Shown here in pieces: positions 22,732 through 35,855 of a stretch of 64,000 nucleotides of DNA (positions are counted from its first letter, which is position 1; every line of letters begins with the position of its first letter). This DNA comes from Acanthaster planci (taxonomy: Eukaryota). Location: contig NW_019091362.1 in the NCBI RefSeq assembly GCF_001949145.1, positions 2,964,204-3,028,203 on the forward strand. Direction: 5' to 3'. A program made the position numbers and the translations under genes. The notes beneath the pieces were generated by a model. The model saw only the letters and a list, made by a program, of their open reading frames with translations. It was not told the origin of the DNA and searched no databases.

Positions 22732-25700
22732 CATTGCAGGTGATGGTGTGAAGATTACGCGTTAAAAGGAAAATATTCCTATAAAACGATATTTCTTTAA
22801 CAGTTTGCTCGACAAGTATTTCTTTTTCAGATGATTTACTAATGATTTGCCAAGAGAAAAAAAACTTCAAGAAATGCATTTACTTCTTGAAAATTCGATT
22901 GTCTCGGTTTTTCGCTTTTGCACAGATCAAGCAGGAGCATGTATATGGCAATAGACGACGAAAAAAATCATATTTTCTCATTTGGATAATAACGATTAAA
23001 CAAAACGCCCTAGAATATAGCACCTGTAAAAAATGATCAGATAAATTTATTTTAATCAACTTTGTATATTTGTTATTTTGAAAAAAAGTTGAAGACTTCG
23101 AGCAGCCATAAGAGTTCCTGATTGCACCGAAACCTTGCATGGGAACCGAGAGGAGGTTATTTGCAATTTGATAGTAATTTTTCCCTCGGCAGTCTCTTAC
23201 TAGGGGGTATACAGATGTTTCTCTAAGTGGGAGCAAGCCGAAGTGAGGATCCCACCCCAAAGGGGTGAAGATCCTACGAAAGTCTATGGAAAAGAAGCCA
23301 GAAAAGGTAATCCCGATGAACCACTTTGAACCTCGTGACTAGACAACTAACATTACCCCTCAAAATGTTGATATATTTGATGGCATCCTCCTCGATTCGT
23401 TTTTATTACTATTGTTTATAGATGATACCATTTGCCACAAGGGGTGGCCACCGCGTTGACCCTTGGGGCAGCTTGCCGCCGGTTGCAGATGTTGTCCATT
23501 GAGCGGCAAACAAGCAAATTAAGCCGAGGCTTCCTTGCCAAAAAACAGGTGCACCCCCTCAACTTTGATTGGACGACCACAGGGAAGCGCCCAATAGGTC
23601 TGAGAGCATCCCACCTCTAGCTTCCATTCGTCTCTTATTCGAGACGTTGAGGTTTTCCGTCTTGTGATAACACGCCTTAAAGATGCATTGCCCAAGATTG
23701 TCAGAAATCGATTCAAACCATCGAGCGATTCTTTTTAAATATTGTAAGGCACTGTAAGAATAAAATACAATCCGTCAGAAGGATATCAAAAGAAAAATTC
23801 TACTTAAAACAGGGAGAAAAACAGAAAGAAAACTGGCAACAGCCGTTTCTAGAGAGGTGTTGTTTGCGGGTACACAATGACGCAGTCTCTCACAGGAAGA
23901 AAATTTGTTGGCTCTCAGAAAGGCCGTTGATGAGAAATGGTCTTGACGATTCGAACAGTGGCCTCTTTTCGTCTTCAGGAAAAGTATTCCTGTTTCAGTG
24001 TATAAAACAATTATAATTTTTTTTAATTGCTTACTACTGTGAATATGTCGCATCGGATAGATTTACAAGAAATTACAAGCCAGTTATGACATTTATTATA
24101 TGTATATGAACCCTCTAGACAGTGAAATAATGTACTTAATTTGGAGCCTTTGAGCACCCAAATCCAATTGCCACGTACAAACGATACGACAAATTTAAGC
24201 CATCCCATCTCAGCATTTACAGACTTTATACCACGGCGAACTGGGCAACCGTTGACGAACTCAACGCCAAAAATCCATACGCTAGCCACTTAACAAGGCA
24301 GTGGTCCCAATGACTGTTTTCCTATAGAAAAATATTTTTAATCTATAGATAAAAAACATATTTTCATAATGAGTCCTTGTCTGCACGGTATTAGCTAGTA
24401 TTGAGTCCCTCTTCTGGAAAATTCCACTGAACTGGTTATAAAAATGCCAGAAATGTTTTATTTTTAGCTTCCATACAACCTGTCTGCGGAAACTTGCACT
24501 ATGCTGAATTACTGCGTCAGTGTGAAAGCGGCATACAGAAAGACTCCAAAGATTTTGCGATGTTTGTTAGCTTCATGTTCACACAAAGCGTAACTTCCAG
24601 AAATAATGTCTGTCCATAAATCTTGTTTATAGTTTGACACTAAAGTAGGGTTATTTGGTGGATAAGGTCACATTACTCATTTATTTCCGCGAGTACCAGA
24701 GAATTTGAATTAAGACTAAAGGCTGTTAATTAATCTAAAAATGGAAATGTGTTAGCGAATTGTTTTCAACCAAATGAGTTAATAATTGAAGGTAATGTGC
24801 AGTTATTTTGTAATCAGTCGTGACATCAACGTACTCTTGCCAACTAGCTGTGAAACCATGCATCAATGAATGCGACTTTAAGAACATTCGATAGTATTTG
24901 CTTTTCGTATAAATAACACTTTGGTATGAATGCACTCTTACGCATGCTGCGCAGGAAACCAAGGTCCAGGATATTTATGACTGACGCATATTTCAAACAT
25001 GATTCACGAGTGCTTTCATATGCTCCAAATAAAAAAAGACCTCATACAAGTTTAAAATATTGTTTTAACGTTAATAAAATCTGTGTGTATTATGCAAAAA
25101 TGCAATGCCAGGCCAATCCTCAACATTCTGTCGCTAAATTTGAAATTTATCTATAGGACTAAAATTCAATCACTATATTTCCCGTATTTCCAATTCAAGA
25201 TATTGATGATTTTTTCTTTGTAGCATTGTCAATTTCAATACAAAAACAGTGTCTTTGGATGTTAAAGAATCATCAGGTGAAGACATATAAAAATACTTTA
25301 CTCAGTATTGTAAATTGCATAGAATGTTGTTGATAGGACATGGCTAGGGTTATTCATTTTGGAATATTTCCACCAACCTTGGCTGGGGGCGGTCCAAGCT
25401 CCAGCCGACTGCCCGTCTCGGCGGCCGTTCTCGAGATACTGTCTGCAAATGTGAAGTTCGTTCGGAGGTATCCGAACTGTGGGTAGTGCTGATGAGGGTG
25501 AACATATTTGCACATATCATTGGTCGGGAAGTTGGACCCTATTGTGATCAACAAAAAGGGAAAGAACTCTTTATGGCATGAAATGTTAACAGATATCTCT
25601 TGAAAAAAATGTAACGACACGATTGCACAGCAAAGCTGGTCTATATAACCCTGTCTTATATAAAATATTGTACATACATCACTCCTTGTGGTCCTTTTGG

Positions 25701-28092
25701 GAGTACAGCCCTGAATTGCTAAATACGTTTGCTCAAAACACGCCGATGAAAAAAAGATTAAAGGCCTAACTCCAAATTATAATGTACTTTAAAGAATTAT
25801 TACAAATATACCATTTAAGTAACAGCTAGCCAGAACGAATTTAAAACATATTTCAAAAAATACCTGGACATGATATAGAATTCTTTATCTTATTTTAATT
25901 CTAATTGCTTAAAAGGGTGTTGACGTTAAAGTAACATTTGTTCGATCTCGGCATTAAACAAAAGAGCAACGGATCCACCTGTTAGGTTTTATTGCATGCA
26001 GCGGGTTTCACATTTTTACAAGTCTCTTGTTTGATTTTGTTGGATTCGGATAGGAGCATGATCGATCAGGAAATCTGTTGGTCTTGGTTCCAAGAACTTT
26101 GTTTGTTTATTTATTTTGTTTTGTTTTCAGAGGAAAATTGTTTAGGCCTACACTCTTTGCAAGTGTTTCTGTTCCCTACTTTAATCGACTCTGAAATAGT
26201 TTGTGCTTCTCGACGCATGCAGTGTCGATTCCCTCGACTTATGGCTCGGCAGTACAGGATTAGTGTAAACTGCACCCGGCGCCGCTCGGTTTCGGGTGAA
26301 TGTGAGAGTGTAGGTCTTTGCACACGGAACAAGTATCGAATAGCACCGTCTTTGACACAGACTACATGGATTTACACGCCTCTCGTCATAAATTCCTTTT
26401 CTCGCTTACGATTATTTCCACCCTCAGAATTATATTCGTCATAAGCATGAAGCACCTCTCCCGCATTTCTGGTCACATAATCGTTGCAAACCTGTTAAGC
26501 TGCTAACATTTACATTTTGCTGTTGATTTAATGATTACCCCAACATTAAACTTTACCAGCACGCATTTTCCCCCTCAAAGATCAGTGCATTTACAGAACA
26601 AAAGAAACTGGTTCGAGAGTATAGCTGAACACTGTCTGCAGAAAAAAAAACTTAGAAACGCTGAAAAAAGATTGTACAGCGGGGGCGAAATGTGAGTACA
26701 TTGGCAAACGTCGGCCAGGTACTCATTTTTATTTCTGATATAACATGAAACAGAAAGAATATTTTTTTAGTTTTTGCTCTGGAAAAAAACACACAGTCCT
26801 GCTTCTGTTCTGTAAAATTTCACACATAGCGACAGAAACGCGAATTGCAGTTGAGACTATTAGCCGTGTTTCTGACCCTCGGGTGCCGGCTTATTTGGTG
26901 CTGGCACTGCGCCGGTCCCTGCGCCGAGGTAATCGGTACACAACTCGCTTCGGGACAGAAGCTGTGGTTGGACGGGAGCTTATGGAACGTATGGGTCTGG
27001 AGTAGCCCGTAAATGTAGGTATTCATATTGAGATGCACAATTCACTCAATCTGTAAGAACGACTGGGGTCACAACCTTCAGTAGATTTTTAAAATGTACG
27101 ACATAGTTGCGCTGCTTAACTAAACAGTCTGAACGACTTTTCACAGTACAAAGCTGTGAAGTTTGCGAGTCAGAACACCATTTTTAGCGACTAAATAGTT
27201 TCCCTGGAATTAAGGAAACCTCTTTGTGCGTCTTCGTGGCGTTAATCCCGAGTTTTGTAACGATCAAACAGCACAACTCACGATATTTACTGTAATTTAA
27301 GTACGTGCATTAGATTTTTGAGCTGCACCCATAATGAGAAAAAATAGTCCCTAATTGCCTTTGATGAAAACTTCCAGTAATGGCAGCGAACAAACACTGC
27401 ATATAGGATGGTATATGATCACAAAAAGTCTTAAAGTAACAGTGACATTTTCGATTTCGTAATACTCCATAGGCCTGGCAGATTTTAAAATTAACCAAGA
27501 TACACCTGGTCATTGGAACCGCATTTCAGATTGTGGTTGACGCCAATCATAAACTTAAGCCGATAATCAAACTTTTTTGCTGTAATTTCTCATAATCGTA
27601 TGTATTCTGCACGCGAATAAACTTACATTTTAATCTTGCCTCTAATTCAATGGTTCTCGTTAGTACAAAGTGGCAATGACTTAATTTCTTGTCCAAAAGG
27701 AAGAACAGACTCTCCAATTTTGAGCTACTTCTTTCTTTGTTTCGTAAAATAATAATTTACTTCAAGGTGGTGATCGGAAAGAATTCAACATCAAACCGTC
27801 ACAATTTTTTAGTGTAAACCAACAAGTTTGCCTTAGTTTTTAAACCTGTTAATCTTGGTGCTGAATCTCCTTTCTCGCTAAATTTCCCGTACCCCCCCCC
27901 CAAAAAAAAAATTAACAGACGTTCCTTCCTGAAATCAATAGTTGGTGTTTATGACACTTGAAAATTGTGATGGTCCGATACAGAATTCTGCACGTTTTTG
28001 TCTATGACCAATTTTAAGTTTACACATGATAAAAATGGGCTTGAATTTTTGCCCCACTGTACTTTCTCAATTGAAAAGAAAAATCCGTCTGC

Positions 28093-30180
28093 TTAATTCT
28101 TACCAATAGATCTTGTTTCACTGAGATAACTTGCAGTGTCGGCCTCCCACAGCAGTCTTTGGAGATGATTGATGTAGTCAATGGCTGCACGGAGAGTGTC
28201 TACTTTGCTGACCCGTCTGCCATGATGCATCCACGGCAGTGCTCGTCTCAGATGTTCAAAGCCTGCGTTCAGATGGTTCACTCTTTCCCTCTCTCTCGCA
28301 TTGGCCTGCTTCCTCCGGGCCTGGTGCGCCTCTGGTCCGTCCTCCGCGGGCTGCGAGTCGCTCGAGCTCCGCCGCCGGCGTGCTTGGCGTCTAGTGGGCG
28401 GTGCGACCGGAGCACCATATCGCTGACGCAGGGCCCCGGGGTCTGGTCCGACCGGGGCCAGCTTCGGGAGGAGCTGCGGTCGCTTAAAAATCGGCACAGT
28501 AACCGCCGAGAGTCCAGCATGATGAGGCAGGCCTACAGTCGTGAATGGTGGGCAGGTTTGGTTTGGATGACCCGAGACTACAGGAAAACCAGGGTGGAGG
28601 AAAGTTACAGGTGCACCAGTCAGCGCTGCCAACGGTGGCAATGGAATTGGGAGCAGGGGCTGGGGTGGAAATTGAACGGGCGGCAGGGGAAGATACCGTG
28701 GGTGAGTCGAGGCCATGCACGGCCGTAGCGAGCCGGTGATGGGCACAGGTCGGATCGGTACATCTGTAACAGTTTGGGCCCAAAGTGCACTAGAGTACCC
28801 TGATTTATGAGTTGTAGATGGAACTCGAGAGTCTTTAGGTTTTGATGTGGATACAGAGCTGATGGGAAGTGCCGGGTCCGGGATTTTCAAATGGGATATC
28901 GGGGACAAGGGCCGAGAGTCGAGCGGCTGAACTTGGAGAGGTATTGCCTTGATTGCAGACGGTAAGGCCGGCCGCACTGGACCGGGTACAGCGCCTGGGA
29001 TCTCTGGTGCAGCTGGGTGAGGAGTTCTAGTGATCGGTGGGGGTGTACGCGCAAACCTCTTCCTTTCCGGCGAGTCTTTCCTGATTCTCCCGTGACACTT
29101 TTCGTACCTTCTTTTGGTAGGTTTATCAACTTGTCCCTCATTCTGGACAGGTTCAGGAACTTCTCTCTCATGCGTTTCCTCAGATTCTATGCCTGGTCGA
29201 GAAATCTGTCCCGTCGACGCAGTTTCTGAAGGTGCAACTTCCCTGTCTTTGTCCTCGCGCCTCAAAAAGTAACTTTTCTTGGATATGGCCTCGCTTGTCT
29301 TAGCTGCTTTCCCTGGATTTATGCTTTCAGCACCGGCGCTTTGACTGTCCACTTCGATGTACATGTCGACACTGGAGGTTGGGTTGTGGTTTGGGAACAC
29401 GACTGCGGGTTTGGAGATGTCTCTTGGCCAGTTGTCAACAATGCTTCTGGGTCGACTGTCCTCCGCGGCGAATGTCTCAGTCATCACACAGGTCTCCTCG
29501 TGGATGCAGGGCATCTCTTCGGACCCAGGCGCCTCCAAGCGGGCAGCACCGGTGAAGGAGGAGTCAGGTGGGCCGGGGACACATGGGACAGCGGGCGAAG
29601 TGTGAATGCATGCTGGGTCCGAGACGTCGGCCCTGGCCTGGGTGGCTGTAAACACGCGACTCCCACGTGTGCTCGGGTCAGCGACTGTGCCAGCGTTGCT
29701 TACCACCGTGGTCGAGTCTGCTATCTGCTGGAGTAGTGCTATCGAAGAGGACAGTACCCAAGATGATGACGATGGTGGCGGTTGCTGTGGCAGCGTTGAT
29801 GGTGGTGGGGGTGGAGTCGACCAAGCATCAATCGCAATTTGGGTATTCGAGGGTGTATTCAAACCCGTCTGCGGTGCTGAAGTAGCTCTTTGAAACTTAA
29901 AAGAATCCGGTAATGTCCATTGAGCAGTGACTTGAACTGAAGCAGGAGAGACGGGCCTCAAATATGTTCCACCCCAACCAGTGTCGTCACTCAAACCTCC
30001 CTGGTCCTCAGAAATGACAGGGAGTTGCCATGAAGTGATGTCGTCGCTCAGCGTTCGCTGCAGCCGATGACTGGAGACTTCGTCATTAGTATAGCACAAG
30101 TTGAAATCTACGGTTGGGCAGTAGGCTGCGGGCCCATTCGCACACGAGCCATCGCCCCAGTTACTTTTATTCAGCTCCAT
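28093..30180 (-). CDS. Intronless 695-aa bHLH transcription factor (ASC-like/FIGLA-like), with long Pro/Ser/Thr-rich N-terminus
   Basis: 2088-nt open frame with an in-frame TGA just upstream of the ATG. C-terminal bHLH RRKQANARERERVNHLNAGFEHLRRALPWMHHGRRVSKVDTLRAAIDYINHLQRLL at ~28150-28320. Confidence 0.88.
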   Translation of the reverse strand: MELNKSNWGDGSCANGPAAYCPTVDFNLCYTNDEVSSHRLQRTLSDDITSWQLPVISEDQGGLSDDTGWGGTYLRPVSPASVQVTAQWTLPDSFKFQRATSAPQTGLNTPSNTQIAIDAWSTPPPPPSTLPQQPPPSSSSWVLSSSIALLQQIADSTTVVSNAGTVADPSTRGSRVFTATQARADVSDPACIHTSPAVPCVPGPPDSSFTGAARLEAPGSEEMPCIHEETCVMTETFAAEDSRPRSIVDNWPRDISKPAVVFPNHNPTSSVDMYIEVDSQSAGAESINPGKAAKTSEAISKKSYFLRREDKDREVAPSETASTGQISRPGIESEETHEREVPEPVQNEGQVDKPTKRRYEKCHGRIRKDSPERKRFARTPPPITRTPHPAAPEIPGAVPGPVRPALPSAIKAIPLQVQPLDSRPLSPISHLKIPDPALPISSVSTSKPKDSRVPSTTHKSGYSSALWAQTVTDVPIRPVPITGSLRPCMASTHPRYLPLPPVQFPPQPLLPIPLPPLAALTGAPVTFLHPGFPVVSGHPNQTCPPFTTVGLPHHAGLSAVTVPIFKRPQLLPKLAPVGPDPGALRQRYGAPVAPPTRRQARRRRSSSDSQPAEDGPEAHQARRKQANARERERVNHLNAGFEHLRRALPWMHHGRRVSKVDTLRAAIDYINHLQRLLWEADTASYLSETRSIGKN

Positions 30181-31594
30181 GTGTTTTCAAAATACTCAGC
30201 ACAGCTGCGGTATGGCGATGTCTTCGGCTACAAAGGTTGCGGAAGTATGCACTCCCTTGTGGCATGGCCACTGATGACAGCTATTTCCTTCGAAACGTGC
30301 CCATCCTTTGATAATGCCAGAGGTTGAACAATAGACGAAGGTATGCTTGGCAACCGAAGCCAAATTCCTTCAACACAATGGCCGGCTAATTCGGTTATAT
30401 GCTCAATTGTTTCGTGCAATTGGGGCAAAGTGCGTCGAAAAATTCTTTCGCGAACCTGATAGCCGAAACTTTCCGGGAGAAAGTCAATGGCCGCAATAAA
30501 CCCCCCATTTGGTTTTCATGTGTTTATCGATTTTCCCGTGTTCGATAAATTACGGAGTCTTTTCATAATAATTTTCAAACTAAGTTTCGTGGCTGACTCC
30601 AGGAGATAGCAACAGGAAAAAAAACGGGGCGTCAAGATTGACAACATAAACCTAATAATTTCAAATCTCTTGCCTGATCGTAGAGCTGAATTTTTAATCA
30701 ATTAATATAAAACTGGTCATTTCTTTCTTTTTCTTTAAGATTTAAGGCCGACTGACTCCTTTTGTTTGCTGAGCTGGTGTTTATCTTACAGGAAAAGTAG
30801 TCGCACTGATATTAAGTTCACCAGTGTTTTCCTAAAACGCTACCCAATACGGAATTTATCTGTATTTTACCAGATGAAAATTAAACATCCCTAGTAAGAT
30901 CAAGTAATGACATTCTTTGATTGAACTGATCACACACTATTGGACGGAATCTTTACAATAAAACGTAGTTCAAACGTCCAAACTTTTTTTAACCATCGAC
31001 AACTACCAGTGCAATATTACATCACACATTGATTTAAAAAGAACTGACAAATTTTCCATAAAGTTGATACAAGAATTTATAGAATGAACTGGCCCTATGG
31101 TCCAAACCGCAGTACAACACTTGACGTCTTACAAAAATATCTTTGAACGGTTTGTGTGTACTTGTTATATCATTTTTCTTGCTCAAGAGAACCAAGGGCA
31201 ACTTCAGCGGTCATTGTACCGGAGTGGTACGTGCTGTTTTGCCCCCAGGGCCGAACGACCGCCAGGGACCCCCGGTAATTGCCGACAACGTCTCGGCGCA
31301 AAACATCTGGCCAGTTCTAATCATTCGCTTTATTACAGAAACAGAAGACAGGTAAAAGTTTCATGCAGATTTTCAGTGGCTCTACATTTCTGGTCGTAAA
31401 TTTGGGAAGAAATCGGTGGCGGTTTAACTCGTATAATGCCCACATATGAAGAGCAGAAAGGAGAGAACCAGGTAATTTCGCTGTTCAGAATAGGGGAAAT
31501 AAAACCTATAGAGTTAACCGTCGCGTTATCCCCACCCCCGCGGACGTGCAGTTATGAAGGCAGACGGTGGATAATGCAGGCATATTGCCAATTT

Positions 31595-31951
31595 TAGAGT
31601 TGTAACGAGTTGCCAGTTTTTGTGACTCGAGTTGAATTGTTAGGCAAACAAGTCGATTCGCGAGTCACGTCGAGTCACCAACATGTCAACACAATACGAT
31701 AATTAAAAACAAGAAAGAAAGTCATTTTTAGTATTTCTAAATTGATGTCAAGGTTTCTGCATGTGGTCACACATCTTACTCTTGATGGTATAACACGACA
31801 TGAACATTTTTTTCAAAGAAGTTTGCTTTTATTTTAGGGACTCGAGTCTTATTACATTTCACTCGAGTCAGGTCTCCTGATGACGGACTCGAGTCTGACT
31901 CGATTCGGTCTGACTCGAGTCGAGTCACGGACTCGAGTCATTACAACTCTG
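31595..31951. mobile_element. hAT-type non-autonomous element
   Basis: TIR TAGAGTTGTAA ... TTACAACTCTG; 8-bp TSD GCCAATTT/GCCAATCT (7/8); many subterminal GACTCGAGTC repeats. Confidence 0.85.
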
Positions 31952-33065
31952 GCCAATCTCTGGCACAACTGGTATTTTAACAACGGGTTTATTTAGAATG
32001 CTTTTAGTTCTCACTGAGATTATCTTGTCAACTCAGTTTGAACAAACATATATAAGTGGTGCCCATAAGACATCGTCACTAGGTTTTAACCAGTGCCCTG
32101 TCTCTCGATATTTCTCCAAGAAAGATTTTAAATTGCTTGTATTCATTTTTCTTAAGCTGACTTAAACTTCTACATTTAGTTTCTTATATAGCGTGGCTAT
32201 GTGCACGGACTGTATGACCTTTTGACCACGAACAGGTCAATAGGCCAAGTTCAAATCAAAGAACTCTCGGTCAGTGGCACTGGAACTTTCCAACGAACCG
32301 TTTCTGTCATCTCCTGGTCCAGGTGCTTCGCTTCAAAATGGCCGCCGCGGCGCGCCACCCAACGCAGCGGAATGTAATCGCTCTGGCTATGTCTGAGGGT
32401 GTCGAGACGCTGGGGGTTTGTTCGAACCCGTTTGTGCGCCACAAATGTCTCCACTCTACCTGGGGATCTGGTCTGGACAGCACCATAACATCTGCTACCC
32501 ACGTCGAGTAAGGAGACAGAACACAGGCCGACCATGTAAAGCGAAAAGCTGCCAAAATTCTGAGATCAATGCGACACAGAAGCAAGTATGCCATGAACCA
32601 TTCAGGTGACACTTTTCGATCTGGTCATTGACCTTCTGAGTTTGCATTTAAGCATTAAGAAGACTCTCAAATACCATTTTAACCGGAACACACAAAATTA
32701 AATACGACTGGAGTACACTTAAATGGCTTAAATGCACTTCTGTGGGTCCGGTATGTTTGCCGCCACCAAGCGTCTAAAAAGTCTTCAGCTAATCGGAATA
32801 TACAGGCCTCCCTCCCCGCACAGAGAGTGTCCATGCTTGTTGCAACCAGCACAATCAGTAACTGATCTGCAAAACTACCAAGGAAATGTTTTTAATCGAA
32901 TTCCCTGGAGAATTTCGGCATCATTAACTTTGAATTTAAAAGCAAGCAACTGTTTAATTCAGACTTGCAGACGTCGGTGTAATGGGATACGTGGTGCAAA
33001 TGCATTACGCTAAAGTTCTCATCATAAAGAGCGCCACCTATAATATTGCTTGCCCGTATCTGCAC

Positions 33066-33309
33066 CACGGACGTATATAAAAAAACCTGGACTTGCAACG
33101 CCTTTGCATGAACAAGAAGCCAACCAGCGGCCATTTTACCGAGCCGAATACAAAGGCGTGGGTTGGCTATTGACGTCGGGAAGAACAAAGGCGGGCATTG
33201 CCAGGAAAGCTTTGTATTCGGCTCGGTAAAATGGCCGCGAGTGGATTCAATGATCTTTATATGCTGAATAAGGCCATTGCGAGTCCAGATTTTATTATAC
33301 ACGTCCGTG
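33066..33309. mobile_element. Palindromic MITE with CAC...GTG termini and a perfect 8-bp TSD
   Basis: TSD ATCTGCAC at 33058-33065 and 33310-33317; TIR CACGGACGT; internal perfect 29-bp inverted repeat 33127-33155 / 33210-33238. Confidence 0.9.
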
Positions 33310-35351
33310 ATCTGCACTCACATGCCTTTTTATTTTCATTTTTGGTCATTCCGTGCAAAATTGGAAACGTGTCGTGACGTTTCTAAGCTTGTTATTATAG
33401 GTTTTCCGGGCCAATTTTTGAAAATGCGCTGTTTAATTTGTAAAATAAAATTTCAATTTTAAAACAACTGAAAACCTGGTTACATTTTCGACTTCGTTTT
33501 GCGTCCGTCAAGAAAATGTATGTGCATTATGTTTCATTTAAGAGGTTACAAATAAGTGATTGGGATTTCGATTTGACGTATTCGTTGGAAATTGTAACCA
33601 GTGTGCAATTCTATTCACCGAAAATCTGCCTTTTACTGCAAACCGTCGGTATTGAGTATTTATTTTCATTTGCTGTAATTCAAATTCACGAAATTTGAGT
33701 CCAATTTGATTACAAATATACAAGGTTACAGAAATCATGACACTACTTTAATAATGAATGTAATATTACTAATGAAAGATTATAGTGTGTTTGTTACCAA
33801 ACTTTATCTTTTCGTTCAGTATGCATTGCAATAAGGCCATGTGTGAACTGTTATTGTGGCAAAAACGTAGCACGAGAAGAAAAGGTTGCCTCAGCGTCCA
33901 TGTTTGTATATAGGATTCGTAACAATCGGTATGTTTTAAAGACAACATGAATGGTCTATTTCAGTCATGAATATTCAAACATTTAACCCATCAACTAAAC
34001 ACTTCTAAGAATATAACTTCTGTCAGCACACAAACGAATTCCAATTCTTGACCAGGCATATCTTAAATAACACTTCGCGCGAAATTGCCTGCACATGTAT
34101 TTGCGAAATAGATTAAGTTCAAATTAAGATGCGGGATCGCAGAGGTGCATTCGATTTCGCGCAAAAATGAATGTCAATATTCTAAAACAGTGCAATATAG
34201 AGACATTTACACGACTGAGTGCACCCTCACTGAAATAGAATTTTTTTTAAATAGAAACGGGGATTTGAATATTTGGTCCATTTTCGCTCGAAAACGAATT
34301 CACATTTTCTGACACTGGCCTGGAAAACCTATATTTGTCATTCATGTCATTTGCATTAAACTTCAGTGGAAGCTATTTGAAATGGAGTTGATCTGGATCT
34401 AATTGACTTGTATTAACAATAAGCTCGTAAATTGTAATGGAAGACAATAAAAAGTTCAATTAATATGATCAATAATTTTATGATAAAAAAATGCCATACG
34501 ACACTCTAATCGAAGACAGTTATATTCAAAGTGACAGATGTAAAGTGACAATGTATAACAGGTTTGCATTTAAAAATTTATTGATAAATCGTTGCTCATT
34601 ATTGGTCATCTTTAACGTCTGAGCGGCTGCTCGCACAAAACAAACAACTCAATAAGTCCCGTGCAACATGCGGTAACTAACGTCATGTAGTATTCTTTCA
34701 AGTCTCCTACCATTACAAGAATCCAACCTTCCCCGAGGTCGTTCTGGCGGTTGCTTGTCTTCTCTGCGGTCGAACGGAAACAAAAGCGGCAGGTAACAAC
34801 AAACAGTGGGCTTGTTAGAGACATAACGCCCCAAGCTACAGAGACTCTTAGAAATGTCAAACATGGCGTTGTCTAGACGTTACCAGACTCCCTGTGTGAA
34901 ACACGTATACGCACCTAGACGGAGTGGGTAGCCTGATTATCTAGGATGCTGAAAAGTTTAATCTTTACACGCCAGTGCATTTCCTGGTGATGTGGATGAA
35001 AAAGATGGCTGCTGATTAAATAAAACCCTTTTTGGCTGATTCAATAGGGAAAATAAATATGTGTTTGTTTGGACACTGATTCTGCCTGAGTCGAAAGCGA
35101 GAGATATTATCAGCGTCCATTATAAAACTGGTCAAGCTCAGATTATTCCCACCATAAATACTTTTGAGTCACAAAGACAAACAAGTTTTAAAATTGTAAC
35201 TTTCTAACGATTCAGTTCAACGGTTTTACTTAAATACCGTATTTTTAAACACCCTTAAGCCATAGTATAGTATGTTCCTCTGGCGAGCGTTTGTAAACAG
35301 TTGGGAGATTCGCGCGCGTAGCGCGTACTGCGTGAGGGGGTGTACAGCCAG

Positions 35352-35763
35352 CACAGACATATAAACGAACAGACCGCCAGATCCTATTCAGACTCCAGGG
35401 GTTTTTCGTGATCTGCACTGTGCCCGACTAAAATCAAAACTATAATCAAGTTCACCCCTCGGTATACGGAATTTACGCACAGTTGAAGAGTTCCAGCTAT
35501 AAAATTCTATGAAGCATTTTTTCGATTATAAAAAAGTCCTTTATTACTTAATCTGACTCATAGGGATTCAAAACAATGCAGTTGCAACATTGAAAAGAAA
35601 AGATAAGAGCACCGAAGAGCAAAAAGATGGACGCATTTGGAAGTAAATGTAAACAAATATAGGTAATGTAAGTGCTTTGCGCGTAATGTGCGTAATGCTC
35701 GCCGAAGGCGCTGCTATCCAGCGTTTCGCTCATTGTTTGTCCATTTGCGTTCATATGTCTGTG
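35352..35763. mobile_element. MITE with CACAGACATAT termini; inverted homolog of 38798-39230
   Basis: CACAGACATATAAACG ... CATATGTCTGTG, with the body colinear in reverse complement to 38890-39230. No TSD seen. Confidence 0.8.
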
Positions 35764-35787
35764 GCTGCATCCGAATCTCTTGTCTAC

Positions 35788-35855
35788 AGCTACGTCTAGG
35801 TCTTCGCTCCATTGGAAAGCGTGGAGACGCGTAGAAAATAGACTTAGCCGTAGCT
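35788..35855. repeat. Small hairpin or mini-MITE
   Basis: AGCTACGTCTAGGTCT ... AGACTTAGCCGTAGCT (14/16), with inner CTCCA/TGGAG. Confidence 0.55.

Noticed and set aside
28159..29893. Several plus-strand and alternative-frame ORFs
   Set aside because: They are shadows of the GC-rich 695-aa coding sequence.
30264..30305. CTGATGA...CGAAACGTG hammerhead-like string upstream of the 695-aa gene
   Set aside because: There is no convincing stem II, and a G sits at the cleavage position.
31620..31945. Regularly recurring GACTCGAGTC units (CRISPR-like look)
   Set aside because: These are short subterminal repeats of a hAT element with TIRs and a TSD, in a eukaryotic context with no cas genes.
32384..32441. 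GTTCGAACCC B-box-like motif suggesting a tRNA
   Set aside because: There is no T-stem pairing, A-box or cloverleaf.
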